NCBI GenBank assembly: GCA_037379345.1
Contig: CM074512.1
Coordinates: 48,815,597 to 48,879,596, forward strand
Direction of reading: 5' to 3'
Length of the DNA: 64,000 bases
Source of the DNA: Perna viridis
Lineage: Eukaryota
Of the stretch, positions 25,196 to 36,726 are shown in pieces. A program made the position numbers and the translations under genes. The first letter of the stretch is position 1, and the number at the start of each line of letters is the position of its first letter. The notes beneath the pieces are model-generated. The model searched no databases and had not been told where the DNA came from. It worked only from the letters and a program-made list of their open reading frames with translations.

Positions 25196-28100
25196 TCAGA
25201 AAAAAGTGATTTCTAAATCATCATCTTGTACTTTACAGAGTAAGTCACTTGAGCACCAAAACTCAGTGAACTTTAGTATTGGAAATCTATAAAAGTCAGC
25301 TTCAATACGTAATTTCAGCTGCTGTAAATAGAAAATATAAATATCATTTGGTAAAACATGTTTACCATCAAACTTTTTACTATTTCTTTTAATCCATACA
25401 GTTTTACAATATAAAGAAATCAACAATAATACCACACTTTTAGTTCTTCCAACAACATTAATATCTCTAAAAAGTATATGTTTATAATCTAAGGAAATAC
25501 TTCCATTAGATAAAGAGAATATCCAATTCTTAATAAGAACAAATAAGTTTTTGACATCCCTACATTCGCAAAATAAATGAATTAAAGTTTCCGGTTCTCT
25601 GGCACAAAAAGTACATCTATTAGACTTATACACATTATGATTAAATAATAAACTATTAGTAGGCAAAACATTATGCACTACTTTATAAATAACATCTCTA
25701 GAAAAGCGATCAATAAACTTATCAAATACATTTTTAAATACAATTCTAAAATCCACTCCAGGATTTTTTTCAACAACTTTAGGAACATAAATTTCCTTTT
25801 CTAATAGAACCTTATACAAAACTTTTGTAGTTACACCCCTTAGATCTACATCACTACACAATTTTAAATCAATTAAAGCATCAATACAACATCTATAAAA
25901 GGACGAAATGACCTCACTGTGAGGCATGTATAAAGATGTAAACAATTCATTATAAAATCGTAAAGAATAACCAGCCCAGTATATCGCATAATTGACAAAC
26001 TTTACCTGTCTATTGTTAATAATATCGGACAAGTGTTTCAAGCGTAACGCTTTTAACTTTAAATCGATATTCACAATATTCAAACCACCCTGACTTAAAT
26101 CTAAATATAAATTCTTACGACTAATCATTTCTACCTTATCATTCCATATAAACTTAAAAATACAACGTTGGAATTTAATTATCCAATGTTTAGACATCGG
26201 CACAACAGTACCTACATACCACAACTTAGATAAAGCACACGTATTTACAATAATTGATTTTTCTAATAAAGATAAACTTCTCAACCTCCATAATTTCAAG
26301 GTCTTTTCTAACTTAATAAAAATGGGATGCCATACATCATCCTGTGACAAATCATTACCACACTTAATACCTATTAATTTCATACTATCAACAAAATTTA
26401 TACCAAATCTATGATTTTCTTTTCTACATTTCCAAGCACCTAACCACATACCTTTTGTTTTATTTTTATTAAGCTTGGAACCTGAACCTTTACCAAATAA
26501 ATCAATCCAATATAAAAATTTATGTATACTTTTATCAGTAGTAACAATACCAGTACTATCATCGGCAAAAACAGATATTTTACAATTATCAACAGAACCA
26601 GGAATATTCATACCAATAATATCAGTATCGTTCACAACTTTACGAACAAAAGGTTCAAGACATAAAACATATAATAAAGGTGACAAACTACACCCTTGTT
26701 TGACAGATCTAGTGATCCGCACAGGGTCAGAAATAAAATTATTCACAATAACTGATGAAGACAAATCATGATATAAAATCTTGATCCATTTAATTAAATT
26801 CGGACCAAAATTAAATTTTTCTAAAACATTGAATAAAAAGGTATGATTAATACGATCAAATGCTTTCTCTTGATCAAGAGAAATGAAAGCACAATTAATA
26901 TTCTTCTGATTAACATAGTCAATAATGTTCCTATGTAAATGGGCATTGTCTAAAATACTTCTGCCCCTAACAGCACAAGTTTGATCAACACCAATAATTT
27001 TATCAGAAACTAAACCCATTCTATTACAAATAATTTTACTTAAAATCTTAACATCAATATTAATTAAACTAATAGGACGATAACATTTAACATCAAAATG
27101 TCTAGAAACATCTTTACAAATAAGAGATATATAACTTGTTCTTTGACTAACTGACAAAGTATTTTCATCAAAAATATTATCATACAAATTTAATAACAAA
27201 GGTGCAAAAATGTCAATAAATTTGACATAAAATTCTTTGGGCAGTCCATCAGGCCCCGGTGATTTATTGTTATCCATACCTTTAACAGAGTTAATAATTT
27301 CATCCTCAGTAATATTAGATTCACAAATATCTCTATCATCATTATCTAACATAGGTAAATCATCTAAGAAATATTTCATAACATCAAAATCAATAGCTTC
27401 CTCTTTAAATAAATCACTATAAAAGTTTTCAAATTGCTTAATAATATCGCAATGTTTTGTAAAAATACCATCATCATTTCTAATTTCACAAATATTTTTC
27501 TTTTTTCCTCTACGAACTTCCTTTTGGAAAAAATATTGACTCGGAAGTTCACTATTATCTAGTAAATTTGCTTTACTTCTAATTTGAGCACCTCTAAAAT
27601 CTTTAACATAATAATCTTTAATCTCATTCTTAAGTACATCAATTTGTTCTGAAAAATTACCTGGCGTTTTCTTTTCTAATTTACATAAATGAAAATATCG
27701 TTTCTCTAATTGTCTAATTACAGTATACTTAAGTTTATTTTTCTTTTTACAATAATCAATACAAAAGACCTTAATATTTTCTTTAAAATAATCCCACATA
27801 TCAATACACATATCTAAACCATCGATAAAGTTAATAAACCACTCTCGAAAAGAAATACAAAAAGCTCTATCGTCTAATATAGAGGTGTTTAATTTCCAAT
27901 AACCTTCACCTCTCTTTACATCAGTGTTATTTACAAACGATACATAAACACAATCATGATCAGAAAAAGCAAAAGGTAGAACGTCACAATTCTTAACAAA
28001 AGGTTTTAATTCACTAGAAAAGTACATGCAATCTAATCGACACGCAATATTATTACCCCGCCAGGTGACACATTTACAATTAGGATATAAATACCTATAA

Positions 28101-28696
28101 ACGTCACAAAGGTCAAAATCAGATACAATGGTTCTTAATTTGTCAACACCTGTAGTACCTAAATGGGGATTTCCCCCGATCTTATCAAGTTTTGGATCCA
28201 TAATACAATTAAAATCACCACCAAATATTTTACAATTCTGTGTCATTAGAAAAGGATATATATACTCAAAGAATTCTTTTCTATCACTACTATCATTAGG
28301 TGCATAAATATTAAACAATCTATACGGAACATTATCAATTTTAACATCAATAAATTGAAAACGTCCGTCTATATCTCTATGATATTTAACTACAACAAAA
28401 TCTATAGAATGAGAAATAAAAATAGCTGTTCCCCTACTTAAATTAGAACCGAAGTTCCAAAAACATCTATACATATGTAAGTATTTATCTAAAATCTTAC
28501 TTACTTTAGAATTCGAAACATGAGTTTCTTGTAAAAATAATATATCTATATATTTACGCAAACAAAATTGCTTCAATACATACTGACATTTCACATCTAA
28601 TAATCCATTAATATTCAAAGTAGCACAATTGATTATGTTTTCTTTTTCAGATAAAGTCGTAATAATATTGATAATTAAGAACGGTATATAACTCAA
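25196..28696 (-). CDS. ORF2: AP-like endonuclease, reverse transcriptase and C-terminal zinc finger (Tx1/L1 type); frame opens at TTG
   Basis: NINGL, LQETH, NIYAPN, GGDFN, SDHD; KSPGPDG, YRPISL, DQEKAFD, QGCSLSP, FADD; CTFC..ETLIHLFCEC. Confidence 0.95.
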   Translation of the reverse strand: MSYIPFLIINIITTLSEKENIINCATLNINGLLDVKCQYVLKQFCLRKYIDILFLQETHVSNSKVSKILDKYLHMYRCFWNFGSNLSRGTAIFISHSIDFVVVKYHRDIDGRFQFIDVKIDNVPYRLFNIYAPNDSSDRKEFFEYIYPFLMTQNCKIFGGDFNCIMDPKLDKIGGNPHLGTTGVDKLRTIVSDFDLCDVYRYLYPNCKCVTWRGNNIACRLDCMYFSSELKPFVKNCDVLPFAFSDHDCVYVSFVNNTDVKRGEGYWKLNTSILDDRAFCISFREWFINFIDGLDMCIDMWDYFKENIKVFCIDYCKKKNKLKYTVIRQLEKRYFHLCKLEKKTPGNFSEQIDVLKNEIKDYYVKDFRGAQIRSKANLLDNSELPSQYFFQKEVRRGKKKNICEIRNDDGIFTKHCDIIKQFENFYSDLFKEEAIDFDVMKYFLDDLPMLDNDDRDICESNITEDEIINSVKGMDNNKSPGPDGLPKEFYVKFIDIFAPLLLNLYDNIFDENTLSVSQRTSYISLICKDVSRHFDVKCYRPISLINIDVKILSKIICNRMGLVSDKIIGVDQTCAVRGRSILDNAHLHRNIIDYVNQKNINCAFISLDQEKAFDRINHTFLFNVLEKFNFGPNLIKWIKILYHDLSSSVIVNNFISDPVRITRSVKQGCSLSPLLYVLCLEPFVRKVVNDTDIIGMNIPGSVDNCKISVFADDSTGIVTTDKSIHKFLYWIDLFGKGSGSKLNKNKTKGMWLGAWKCRKENHRFGINFVDSMKLIGIKCGNDLSQDDVWHPIFIKLEKTLKLWRLRSLSLLEKSIIVNTCALSKLWYVGTVVPMSKHWIIKFQRCIFKFIWNDKVEMISRKNLYLDLSQGGLNIVNIDLKLKALRLKHLSDIINNRQVKFVNYAIYWAGYSLRFYNELFTSLYMPHSEVISSFYRCCIDALIDLKLCSDVDLRGVTTKVLYKVLLEKEIYVPKVVEKNPGVDFRIVFKNVFDKFIDRFSRDVIYKVVHNVLPTNSLLFNHNVYKSNRCTFCAREPETLIHLFCECRDVKNLFVLIKNWIFSLSNGSISLDYKHILFRDINVVGRTKSVVLLLISLYCKTVWIKRNSKKFDGKHVLPNDIYIFYLQQLKLRIEADFYRFPILKFTEFWCSSDLLCKVQDDDLEITFF

Positions 28697-29415
28697 AACG
28701 AATTAGCCAAATTATAATTACAGGTAACTTGCAAGAAATTAAATGTCTGGTTAGGGAAAAGAACAAAGAAACTAATTGCACTGTAAAAATCTAAATGTCC
28801 AAACAAAAGACAAAACACAGTAGATTTAAAAAATCTTTTGAAAATGCAACAGTATTTCAAACGGTCACAATGAAAGAATATGTAACGAAATTTTATCGTC
28901 TGCAAACAAAGATAAATTACAGGTAAGTTATAAACATTATGATAAGAAAAGTTTAAATACCTAAAGGAAGAAAATTGTTCAAGGTGAACTGATACAATAG
29001 ACTTCTCCGACATGCAAAAATTTAAATGTTTAGACAATAGAGCAATTAACTGTTTAAAACAGTTAACAGTGAAAATGATACTAACAAAACAATAGAAAAT
29101 AAAGCACACTCGACAATGACATGTGAGTATATTTTTAGTGTTAATAAAACGTTCTATCAAACAATGAACAGAAAATATTTGAGGCTCTAAGCATTTAACA
29201 CTGAACAGAAATAAGCTAAATGAAACACATCTTGTCACGTATAAAATGAAAACGGCAAATATAGAAAGTGAAAAATTACCAATAACACATAATAATATAC
29301 GATAATACAAAATAATAAACGAAAAGAGAAAAATACACCAATAGGTTGAGTAGTCCATGAACAGAAAGGCTATCAAAACAGGGGGGATAGAATAGTACTC
29401 ATTGTCCATAATCAT
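28693..29415 (-). CDS. Putative third ORF (240 aa, very hydrophobic) between ORF1 and ORF2
   Basis: ATG 16 nt after the ORF1 stop; fills the whole inter-ORF region; its TGA overlaps the ORF2 TTG. Confidence 0.45.
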   Translation of the reverse strand: MIMDNEYYSIPPVLIAFLFMDYSTYWCIFLFSFIILYYRILLCVIGNFSLSIFAVFILYVTRCVSFSLFLFSVKCLEPQIFSVHCLIERFINTKNILTCHCRVCFIFYCFVSIIFTVNCFKQLIALLSKHLNFCMSEKSIVSVHLEQFSSFRYLNFSYHNVYNLPVIYLCLQTIKFRYIFFHCDRLKYCCIFKRFFKSTVFCLLFGHLDFYSAISFFVLFPNQTFNFLQVTCNYNLANSF

Positions 29416-29431
29416 TCCGTTTCATTGTCGT

Positions 29432-30391
29432 TTAACTAACATCAACAGCTGTGTCCTCCGTGTTCTCCGGGGCTGTTATCAAAGAAGGGAGGAAAGGCTT
29501 CATTTCCATTTCCTCCAAATCATCACTACCACCATAATCATTGCACTCCGCCGCTCTTCGCTTCTTGGTTACAGACTCCTCTGTACCATGCCTCATCCCG
29601 CGCTTGTCTTGCGGGGAAGCCATACTCTCCTTCTCCTTCTCTTGCCCCCTCCCGCGCTTGTCTTGCGGGGGGCCCATACCTTCTTTATCCTGCCCCCTCC
29701 CGCGCTTGTCTTGCGGGGGGCCCATACTCTCTTTCTCCTGCCTCCTCCCGCGCTGGTCTTGCTGGGAAACCACATTCACCTCCTGCTCATCTGAAACTCT
29801 TGCTGCAGCAGCATATGAGGGTTTTCCTTTACTTGGGCAGGTAGCCCTCTGATGACCCACCTCATTACATTTTAGACATAATGAGGGTCTCCCTCTCATG
29901 GTTACAAGTATCCGCCTTCCAGCAACAGTCACCTTGTACGGTACCTTATGAACATCAGAATCTGGCATTTCAACCAGATAATTAATGACACCATTTTTTA
30001 ACTTGGTGCCATCAATCACAGTGTCCTCAAAATCTTTCTTAATGATTTTTCCATAATTTTGTAGGAAATTGTCCACATAACAACTCTTCATATGTAGAGG
30101 ATACCAATGTATTCTAATGGCAACTTGTCTCTTATCTAAACGCTCGAAATGGTATAGACTTCCACCTGGAGCCTCAAAAGTTTGTCCCGTGCCCAAAGCA
30201 TCAACTGTATCAGTGGAACTCAACCCAAGATACCAATCTCCACCCTCATCGCACTTATAAATAGCTGTAATCAATGAAGGATTAATGGTTCCTTTCAGCG
30301 CCTCAAGTACTTGTCCTCTGGTATTAAACCACTTTTTCCCAAAATTGACCTTCAGTGTTTTACTCACTGCGTCAGCATCCAAATACTCCAT
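29432..30391 (-). CDS. Tx1-like ORF1 protein type A (319 aa)
   Basis: CCHC knuckle CLKCNEVGHQRATC; ATG 7 nt inside the element. Confidence 0.88.
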   Translation of the reverse strand: MEYLDADAVSKTLKVNFGKKWFNTRGQVLEALKGTINPSLITAIYKCDEGGDWYLGLSSTDTVDALGTGQTFEAPGGSLYHFERLDKRQVAIRIHWYPLHMKSCYVDNFLQNYGKIIKKDFEDTVIDGTKLKNGVINYLVEMPDSDVHKVPYKVTVAGRRILVTMRGRPSLCLKCNEVGHQRATCPSKGKPSYAAAARVSDEQEVNVVSQQDQRGRRQEKESMGPPQDKRGRGQDKEGMGPPQDKRGRGQEKEKESMASPQDKRGMRHGTEESVTKKRRAAECNDYGGSDDLEEMEMKPFLPSLITAPENTEDTAVDVS

Positions 30392-30398
30392 TTTGATT

Positions 30399-30448
30399 CT
30401 GGGGGAACCGCCTTTGTGATCACGGTATCCCCTGTACCAGGTAAGTAT
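30399..30448 (-). pseudogene. U1: U1 snRNA 5' fragment (nt 1-50) fused to element
   Basis: Direct match. Confidence 0.92.
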
Positions 30449-31122
30449 GCTGTAGCACTGTATCGCAGGGCGACTATTTTCAACGCATTTGTAGTTTTCT
30501 GGCGGTGCAATCAATACTTTATTATTGCAGAAAAATTCGTAGTTCATACGCAATGATGAATTGTTGTTGACAAGCACGCGGCAAGTATTTTTTGGCATCT
30601 TATTGATTTACAGAAATGTGAAAAATGCACAATTCAGTTCGATACTGAACAAATATGAAAACCGAAGAAAGTCTAATGTTTAGTAACTCACTTTGTATAC
30701 GTATGCCCAACCTTTTCCCCGTTGTGCTATAAGTGAAATAGCCGGGAAAATTCAGTCAGGATTGGCCCAGTAATTTATACTAAAACTGAGCTTTTTATCA
30801 CATGAAGTTGGTTTTAATTACCAGTGCATTCATTCTAAAATAGATTTCAATTACTATCAATTTCAAATCCAGTCATACATACATACACTAACATGCAGTC
30901 GCGCTCGCCAAGAAGTGCCGAAAAGTGTGAACAGTGTTGAACATATGGTAATACTGACACGTGTACATGCAGTTCTCAATTGTCATACATGGGTATAAAA
31001 AGACAAAATCTGATTTACGGACACATATCGTAGGAAAAATAAACAAATTAAGCGTATTATTTACAGAAAAAGAAAAGCAATTTTAGTAAATATAAGTAAC
31101 AAAAATAACCACATGTTAATCG

Positions 31123-31420
31123 GTTGGGAGTTGTGGCGTGCTCCTGTGATCCAGCTACTTGGAGACCAGAGTTGGCGGACGGTGTGAGGGCAGGAGTCCT
31201 GGTGGCAGGTGATCTATGTTGAGCGGGCGTCCGCACTAAGATCGGCATCAATATGGGCACACCGAGGGAGCTCAGTGTGACCAGGTTGTCTAAGGAGGGA
31301 CGTACAGGCCCAGGGCGGAAACGCAGCAGGCAAAAGTCCCCGTGTCGATCAGTAGTGGGATCGCGCCTGTGAATAGACGCTTGTCAACAGCCTGTCCAAT
31401 ATAACTGGACTCGACTCTTT
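31123..31420 (+). ncRNA. 7SL: 7SL (SRP) RNA
   Basis: Array copy. Confidence 0.95.
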
Positions 31421-31576
31421 TTTTTTCTTTCCCATACTAAAAAAACTAAAAAAAAAAATAAAAAAAATTCAATTAATACGAATCGTATCTCATCTGAGGA
31501 ACCTGCAAGACGTCTCATATTTCAGAACATTTTCCTTCCCAAAATTTTCGCGCCGAGCTTAGCTCGGCGTTTCACA

Positions 31577-31635
<59 letters not shown>

Positions 31636-31990
31636 ATCAAGCACTCAAGCACAAATATATATCAATATCAATATCAACATCCATCTCAAACATTTTCAAT
31701 ACACTTCCATACCATGTCAATACTCAAACATACAACCTACCTACCTACCTACAAACTATCTACATCTAACACTCTTTTTCCATTTATTCCACTCTCACCT
31801 CAGTCTCATCTATTCACTTACTAGTAAGCTTTTCTTTTCACACATAATCCACGCATCATCAACACAAACTTATACCACGCATGCATTTTCATTCAAATGT
31901 AGCCTGTCTAATTCATTATAAGAACACAAGTTGGCAGATTGATCATTGTATGCATTGTAGGGACTGGTCCTTATTTCTTTACATTATAGA

Positions 31991-32154
31991 CGGGGGATAG
32001 CGCGAACGCAGTCCCCCACACTAAAAAATTGCGTACCCGAGTTGCCCACATTTGGGGCAATCGCAGGCTTCAGCCTAACCGGAGTGCAATGGAAAGGCCT
32101 CGACCTGGGGGAACCGCCTTTGTGATCACGGTATCCCCTGTACCAGGTAAGTAT
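31991..32154 (-). ncRNA. U1: U1 snRNA
   Basis: Array copy. Confidence 0.97.
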
Positions 32155-32828
32155 GCTGTAGCACTGTATCGCAGGGCGACTATTTTCAACGCATTTGTAG
32201 TTTTCTGGCGGTGCAATCAATACTTTATTATTGCAGAAAAATTCGTAGTTCATACGCAATGATGAATTGTTGTTGACAAGCACGCGGCAAGTATTTTTTG
32301 GCATCTTATTGATTTACAGAAATGTGAAAAATGCACAATTCAGTTCGATACTGAACAAATATGAAAACCGAAGAAAGTCTAATGTTTAGTAACTCACTTT
32401 GTATACGTATGCCCAACCTTTTCCCCGTTGTGCTATAAGTGAAATAGCCGGGAAAATTCAGTCAGGATTGGCCCAGTAATTTATACTAAAACTGAGCTTT
32501 TTATCACATGAAGTTGGTTTTAATTACCAGTGCATTCATTCTAAAATAGATTTCAATTACTATCAATTTCAAATCCAGTCATACATACATACACTAACAT
32601 GCAGTCGCGCTCGCCAAGAAGTGCCGAAAAGTGTGAACAGTGTTGAACATATGGTAATACTGACACGTGTACATGCAGTTCTCAATTGTCATACATGGGT
32701 ATAAAAAGACAAAATCTGATTTACGGACACATATCGTAGGAAAAATAAACAAATTAAGCGTATTATTTACAGAAAAAGAAAAGCAATTTTAGTAAATATA
32801 AGTAACAAAAATAACCACATGTTAATCG

Positions 32829-33126
32829 GTTGGGAGTTGTGGCGTGCTCCTGTGATCCAGCTACTTGGAGACCAGAGTTGGCGGACGGTGTGAGGGCAGG
32901 AGTCCTGGTGGCAGGTGATCTATGTTGAGCGGGCGTCCGCACTAAGATCGGCATCAATATGGGCACACCGAGGGAGCTCAGTGTGACCAGGTTGTCTAAG
33001 GAGGGACGTACAGGCCCAGGGCGGAAACGCAGCAGGCAAAAGTCCCCGTGTCGATCAGTAGTGGGATCGCGCCTGTGAATAGACGCTTGTCAACAGCCTG
33101 TCCAATATAACTGGACTCGACTCTTT
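32829..33126 (+). ncRNA. 7SL: 7SL (SRP) RNA (terminator variant TTTCTTTTTTT)
   Basis: Array copy. Confidence 0.95.
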
Positions 33127-33283
33127 CTTTTTTTCTTTCCCATACTAAAAAAACTAAAAAAAAAAAAAAAAAAATTCAATTAATACGAATCGTATCTCAT
33201 CTGAGGAACCTGCAAGACGTCTCATATTTCAGAACATTTTCCTTCCCAAAATTTTCGCGCCGAGCATAGCTCGGCGTTTCACA

Positions 33284-33341
<58 letters not shown>

Positions 33342-33697
33342 AAGCACTCAAGCACAAATATATATCAATATCAATATCAACATCCATCTCAAACATTTTC
33401 AATACACTTCCATACCATGTCAATACTCAAACATACAACCTACCTACCTACCTACCTACAAACTATCTACATCTAACACTCTTTTTCCATTTATTCCACT
33501 CTCACCTCAGTCTCATCTATTCACTTACTAGTAAGCTTTTCTTTTCACACATAATCCACGCATCATCAACACAAACTTATACCACGCATGCATTTTCATT
33601 CAAATGTAGCCTGTCTAATTCATTATAAGAACACAAGTTGGCAGATTGATCATTGTATGCATTGTAGGGACTGGTCCTTATTTCTTTACATTATAGA

Positions 33698-33861
33698 CGG
33701 GGGATAGCGCGAACGCAGTCCCCCACACTAAAAAATTGCGTACCCGAGTTGCCCACATTTGGGGCAATCGCAGGCTTCAGCCTAACCGGAGTGCAATGGA
33801 AAGGCCTCGACCTGGGGGAACCGCCTTTGTGATCACGGTATCCCCTGTACCAGGTAAGTAT
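33698..33861 (-). ncRNA. U1: U1 snRNA
   Basis: Array copy. Confidence 0.97.
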
Positions 33862-34535
33862 GCTGTAGCACTGTATCGCAGGGCGACTATTTTCAACGCA
33901 TTTGTAGTTTTCTGGCGGTGCAATCAATACTTTATTATTGCAGAAAAATTCGTAGTTCATACGCAATGATGAATTGTTGTTGACAAGCACGCGGCAAGTA
34001 TTTTTTGGCATCTTATTGATTTACAGAAATGTGAAAAATGCACAATTCAGTTCGATACTGAACAAATATGAAAACCGAAGAAAGTCTAATGTTTAGTAAC
34101 TCACTTTGTATACGTATGCCCAACCTTTTCCCCGTTGTGCTATAAGTGAAATAGCCGGGAAAATTCAGTCAGGATTGGCCCAGTAATTTATACTAAAACT
34201 GAGCTTTTTATCACATGAAGTTGGTTTTAATTACCAGTGCATTCATTCTAAAATAGATTTCAATTACTATCAATTTCAAATCCAGTCATACATACATACA
34301 CTAACATGCAGTCGCGCTCGCCAAGAAGTGCCGAAAAGTGTGAACAGTGTTGAACATATGGTAATACTGACACGTGTACATGCAGTTCTCAATTGTCATA
34401 CATGGGTATAAAAAGACAAAATCTGATTTACGGACACATATCGTAGGAAAAATAAACAAATTAAGCGTATTATTTACAGAAAAAGAAAAGCAATTTTAGT
34501 AAATATAAGTAACAAAAATAACCACATGTTAATCG

Positions 34536-34833
34536 GTTGGGAGTTGTGGCGTGCTCCTGTGATCCAGCTACTTGGAGACCAGAGTTGGCGGACGGTGTGA
34601 GGGCAGGAGTCCTGGTGGCAGGTGATCTATGTTGAGCGGGCGTCCGCACTAAGATCGGCATCAATATGGGCACACCGAGGGAGCTCAGTGTGACCAGGTT
34701 GTCTAAGGAGGGACGTACAGGCCCAGGGCGGAAACGCAGCAGGCAAAAGTCCCCGTGTCGATCAGTAGTGGGATCGCGCCTGTGAATAGACGCTTGTCAA
34801 CAGCCTGTCCAATATAACTGGACTCGACTCTTT
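34536..34833 (+). ncRNA. 7SL: 7SL (SRP) RNA
   Basis: Array copy. Confidence 0.95.
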
Positions 34834-34989
34834 TTTTTTCTTTCCCATACTAAAAAAACTAAAAAAAAAAATAAAAAAAATTCAATTAATACGAATCGTA
34901 TCTCATCTGAGGAACCTGCAAGACGTCTCATATTTCAGAACATTTTCCTTCCCAAAATTTTCGCGCCGAGCATAGCTCGGCGTTTCACA

Positions 34990-35034
<45 letters not shown>

Positions 35035-35389
35035 ATCAAGCACTCAAGCACAAATATATATCAATATCAATATCAACATCCATCTCAAACATTTTCAATA
35101 CACTTCCATACCATGTCAATACTCAAACATACAACCTACCTACCTACCTACAAACTATCTACATCTAACACTCTTTTTCCATTTATTCCACTCTCACCTC
35201 AGTCTCATCTATTCACTTACTAGTAAGCTTTTCTTTTCACACATAATCCACGCATCATCAACACAAACTTATACCACGCATGCATTTTCATTCAAATGTA
35301 GCCTGTCTAATTCATTATAAGAACACAAGTTGGCAGATTGATCATTGTATGCATTGTAGGGACTGGTCCTTATTTCTTTACATTATAGA

Positions 35390-35553
35390 CGGGGGATAGC
35401 GCGAACGCAGTCCCCCACACTAAAAAATTGCGTACCCGAGTTGCCCACATTTGGGGCAATCGCAGGCTTCAGCCTAACCGGAGTGCAATGGAAAGGCCTC
35501 GACCTGGGGGAACCGCCTTTGTGATCACGGTATCCCCTGTACCAGGTAAGTAT
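35390..35553 (-). ncRNA. U1: U1 snRNA
   Basis: Array copy. Confidence 0.97.
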
Positions 35554-36227
35554 GCTGTAGCACTGTATCGCAGGGCGACTATTTTCAACGCATTTGTAGT
35601 TTTCTGGCGGTGCAATCAATACTTTATTATTGCAGAAAAATTCGTAGTTCATACGCAATGATGAATTGTTGTTGACAAGCACGCGGCAAGTATTTTTTGG
35701 CATCTTATTGATTTACAGAAATGTGAAAAATGCACAATTCAGTTCGATACTGAACAAATATGAAAACCGAAGAAAGTCTAATGTTTAGTAACTCACTTTG
35801 TATACGTATGCCCAACCTTTTCCCCGTTGTGCTATAAGTGAAATAGCCGGGAAAATTCAGTCAGGATTGGCCCAGTAATTTATACTAAAACTGAGCTTTT
35901 TATCACATGAAGTTGGTTTTAATTACCAGTGCATTCATTCTAAAATAGATTTCAATTACTATCAATTTCAAATCCAGTCATACATACATACACTAACATG
36001 CAGTCGCGCTCGCCAAGAAGTGCCGAAAAGTGTGAACAGTGTTGAACATATGGTAATACTGACACGTGTACATGCAGTTCTCAATTGTCATACATGGGTA
36101 TAAAAAGACAAAATCTGATTTACGGACACATATCGTAGGAAAAATAAACAAATTAAGCGTATTATTTACAGAAAAAGAAAAGCAATTTTAGTAAATATAA
36201 GTAACAAAAATAACCACATGTTAATCG

Positions 36228-36525
36228 GTTGGGAGTTGTGGCGTGCTCCTGTGATCCAGCTACTTGGAGACCAGAGTTGGCGGACGGTGTGAGGGCAGGA
36301 GTCCTGGTGGCAGGTGATCTATGTTGAGCGGGCGTCCGCACTAAGATCGGCATCAATATGGGCACACCGAGGGAGCTCAGTGTGACCAGGTTGTCTAAGG
36401 AGGGACGTACAGGCCCAGGGCGGAAACGCAGCAGGCAAAAGTCCCCGTGTCGATCAGTAGTGGGATCGCGCCTGTGAATAGACGCTTGTCAACAGCCTGT
36501 CCAATATAACTGGACTCGACTCTTT
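36228..36525 (+). ncRNA. 7SL: 7SL (SRP) RNA
   Basis: Array copy. Confidence 0.95.
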
Positions 36526-36681
36526 TTTTTTCTTTCCCATACTAAAAAAACTAAAAAAAAAAATAAAAAAAATTCAATTAATACGAATCGTATCTCATCT
36601 GAGGAACCTGCAAGACGTCTCATATTTCAGAACATTTTCCTTCCCAAAATTTTCGCGCCGAGCATAGCTCGGCGTTTCACA

Positions 36682-36726
<45 letters not shown>

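Larger units (their letters stand above)
24796..30398 (-). mobile_element. Full-length type A Tx1-like non-LTR retrotransposon inserted in U1
   Basis: ORF1, ORF2 (APE-RT-CCHC), ~390-nt 3'UTR with AATAAA, A11 tail; 11-bp duplication ctgggggaacc at 24785-24795 and 30399-30409. Confidence 0.96.

Noticed and set aside
28020-28045. RLDC (type A) versus RLDR (type B) as an endonuclease-inactivating change
   Set aside because: The catalytic Asp is retained and the following residue varies among APE domains; two independent-looking type A insertions share it
26475-29852. Antisense and alternate-frame ORFs within the elements (98, 61, 130, 103, 60 aa)
   Set aside because: Shadows of ORF1/ORF2 and of the GC-rich ORF1 repeats
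30392-30598. N-terminal 69 aa of the 388-aa ORF (and 57 aa of the 380-aa ORF) as part of ORF1
   Set aside because: Encoded by the U1 promoter and U1 itself, starting upstream of the U1 transcription start; a fortuitous in-frame extension, in different frames for types A and B
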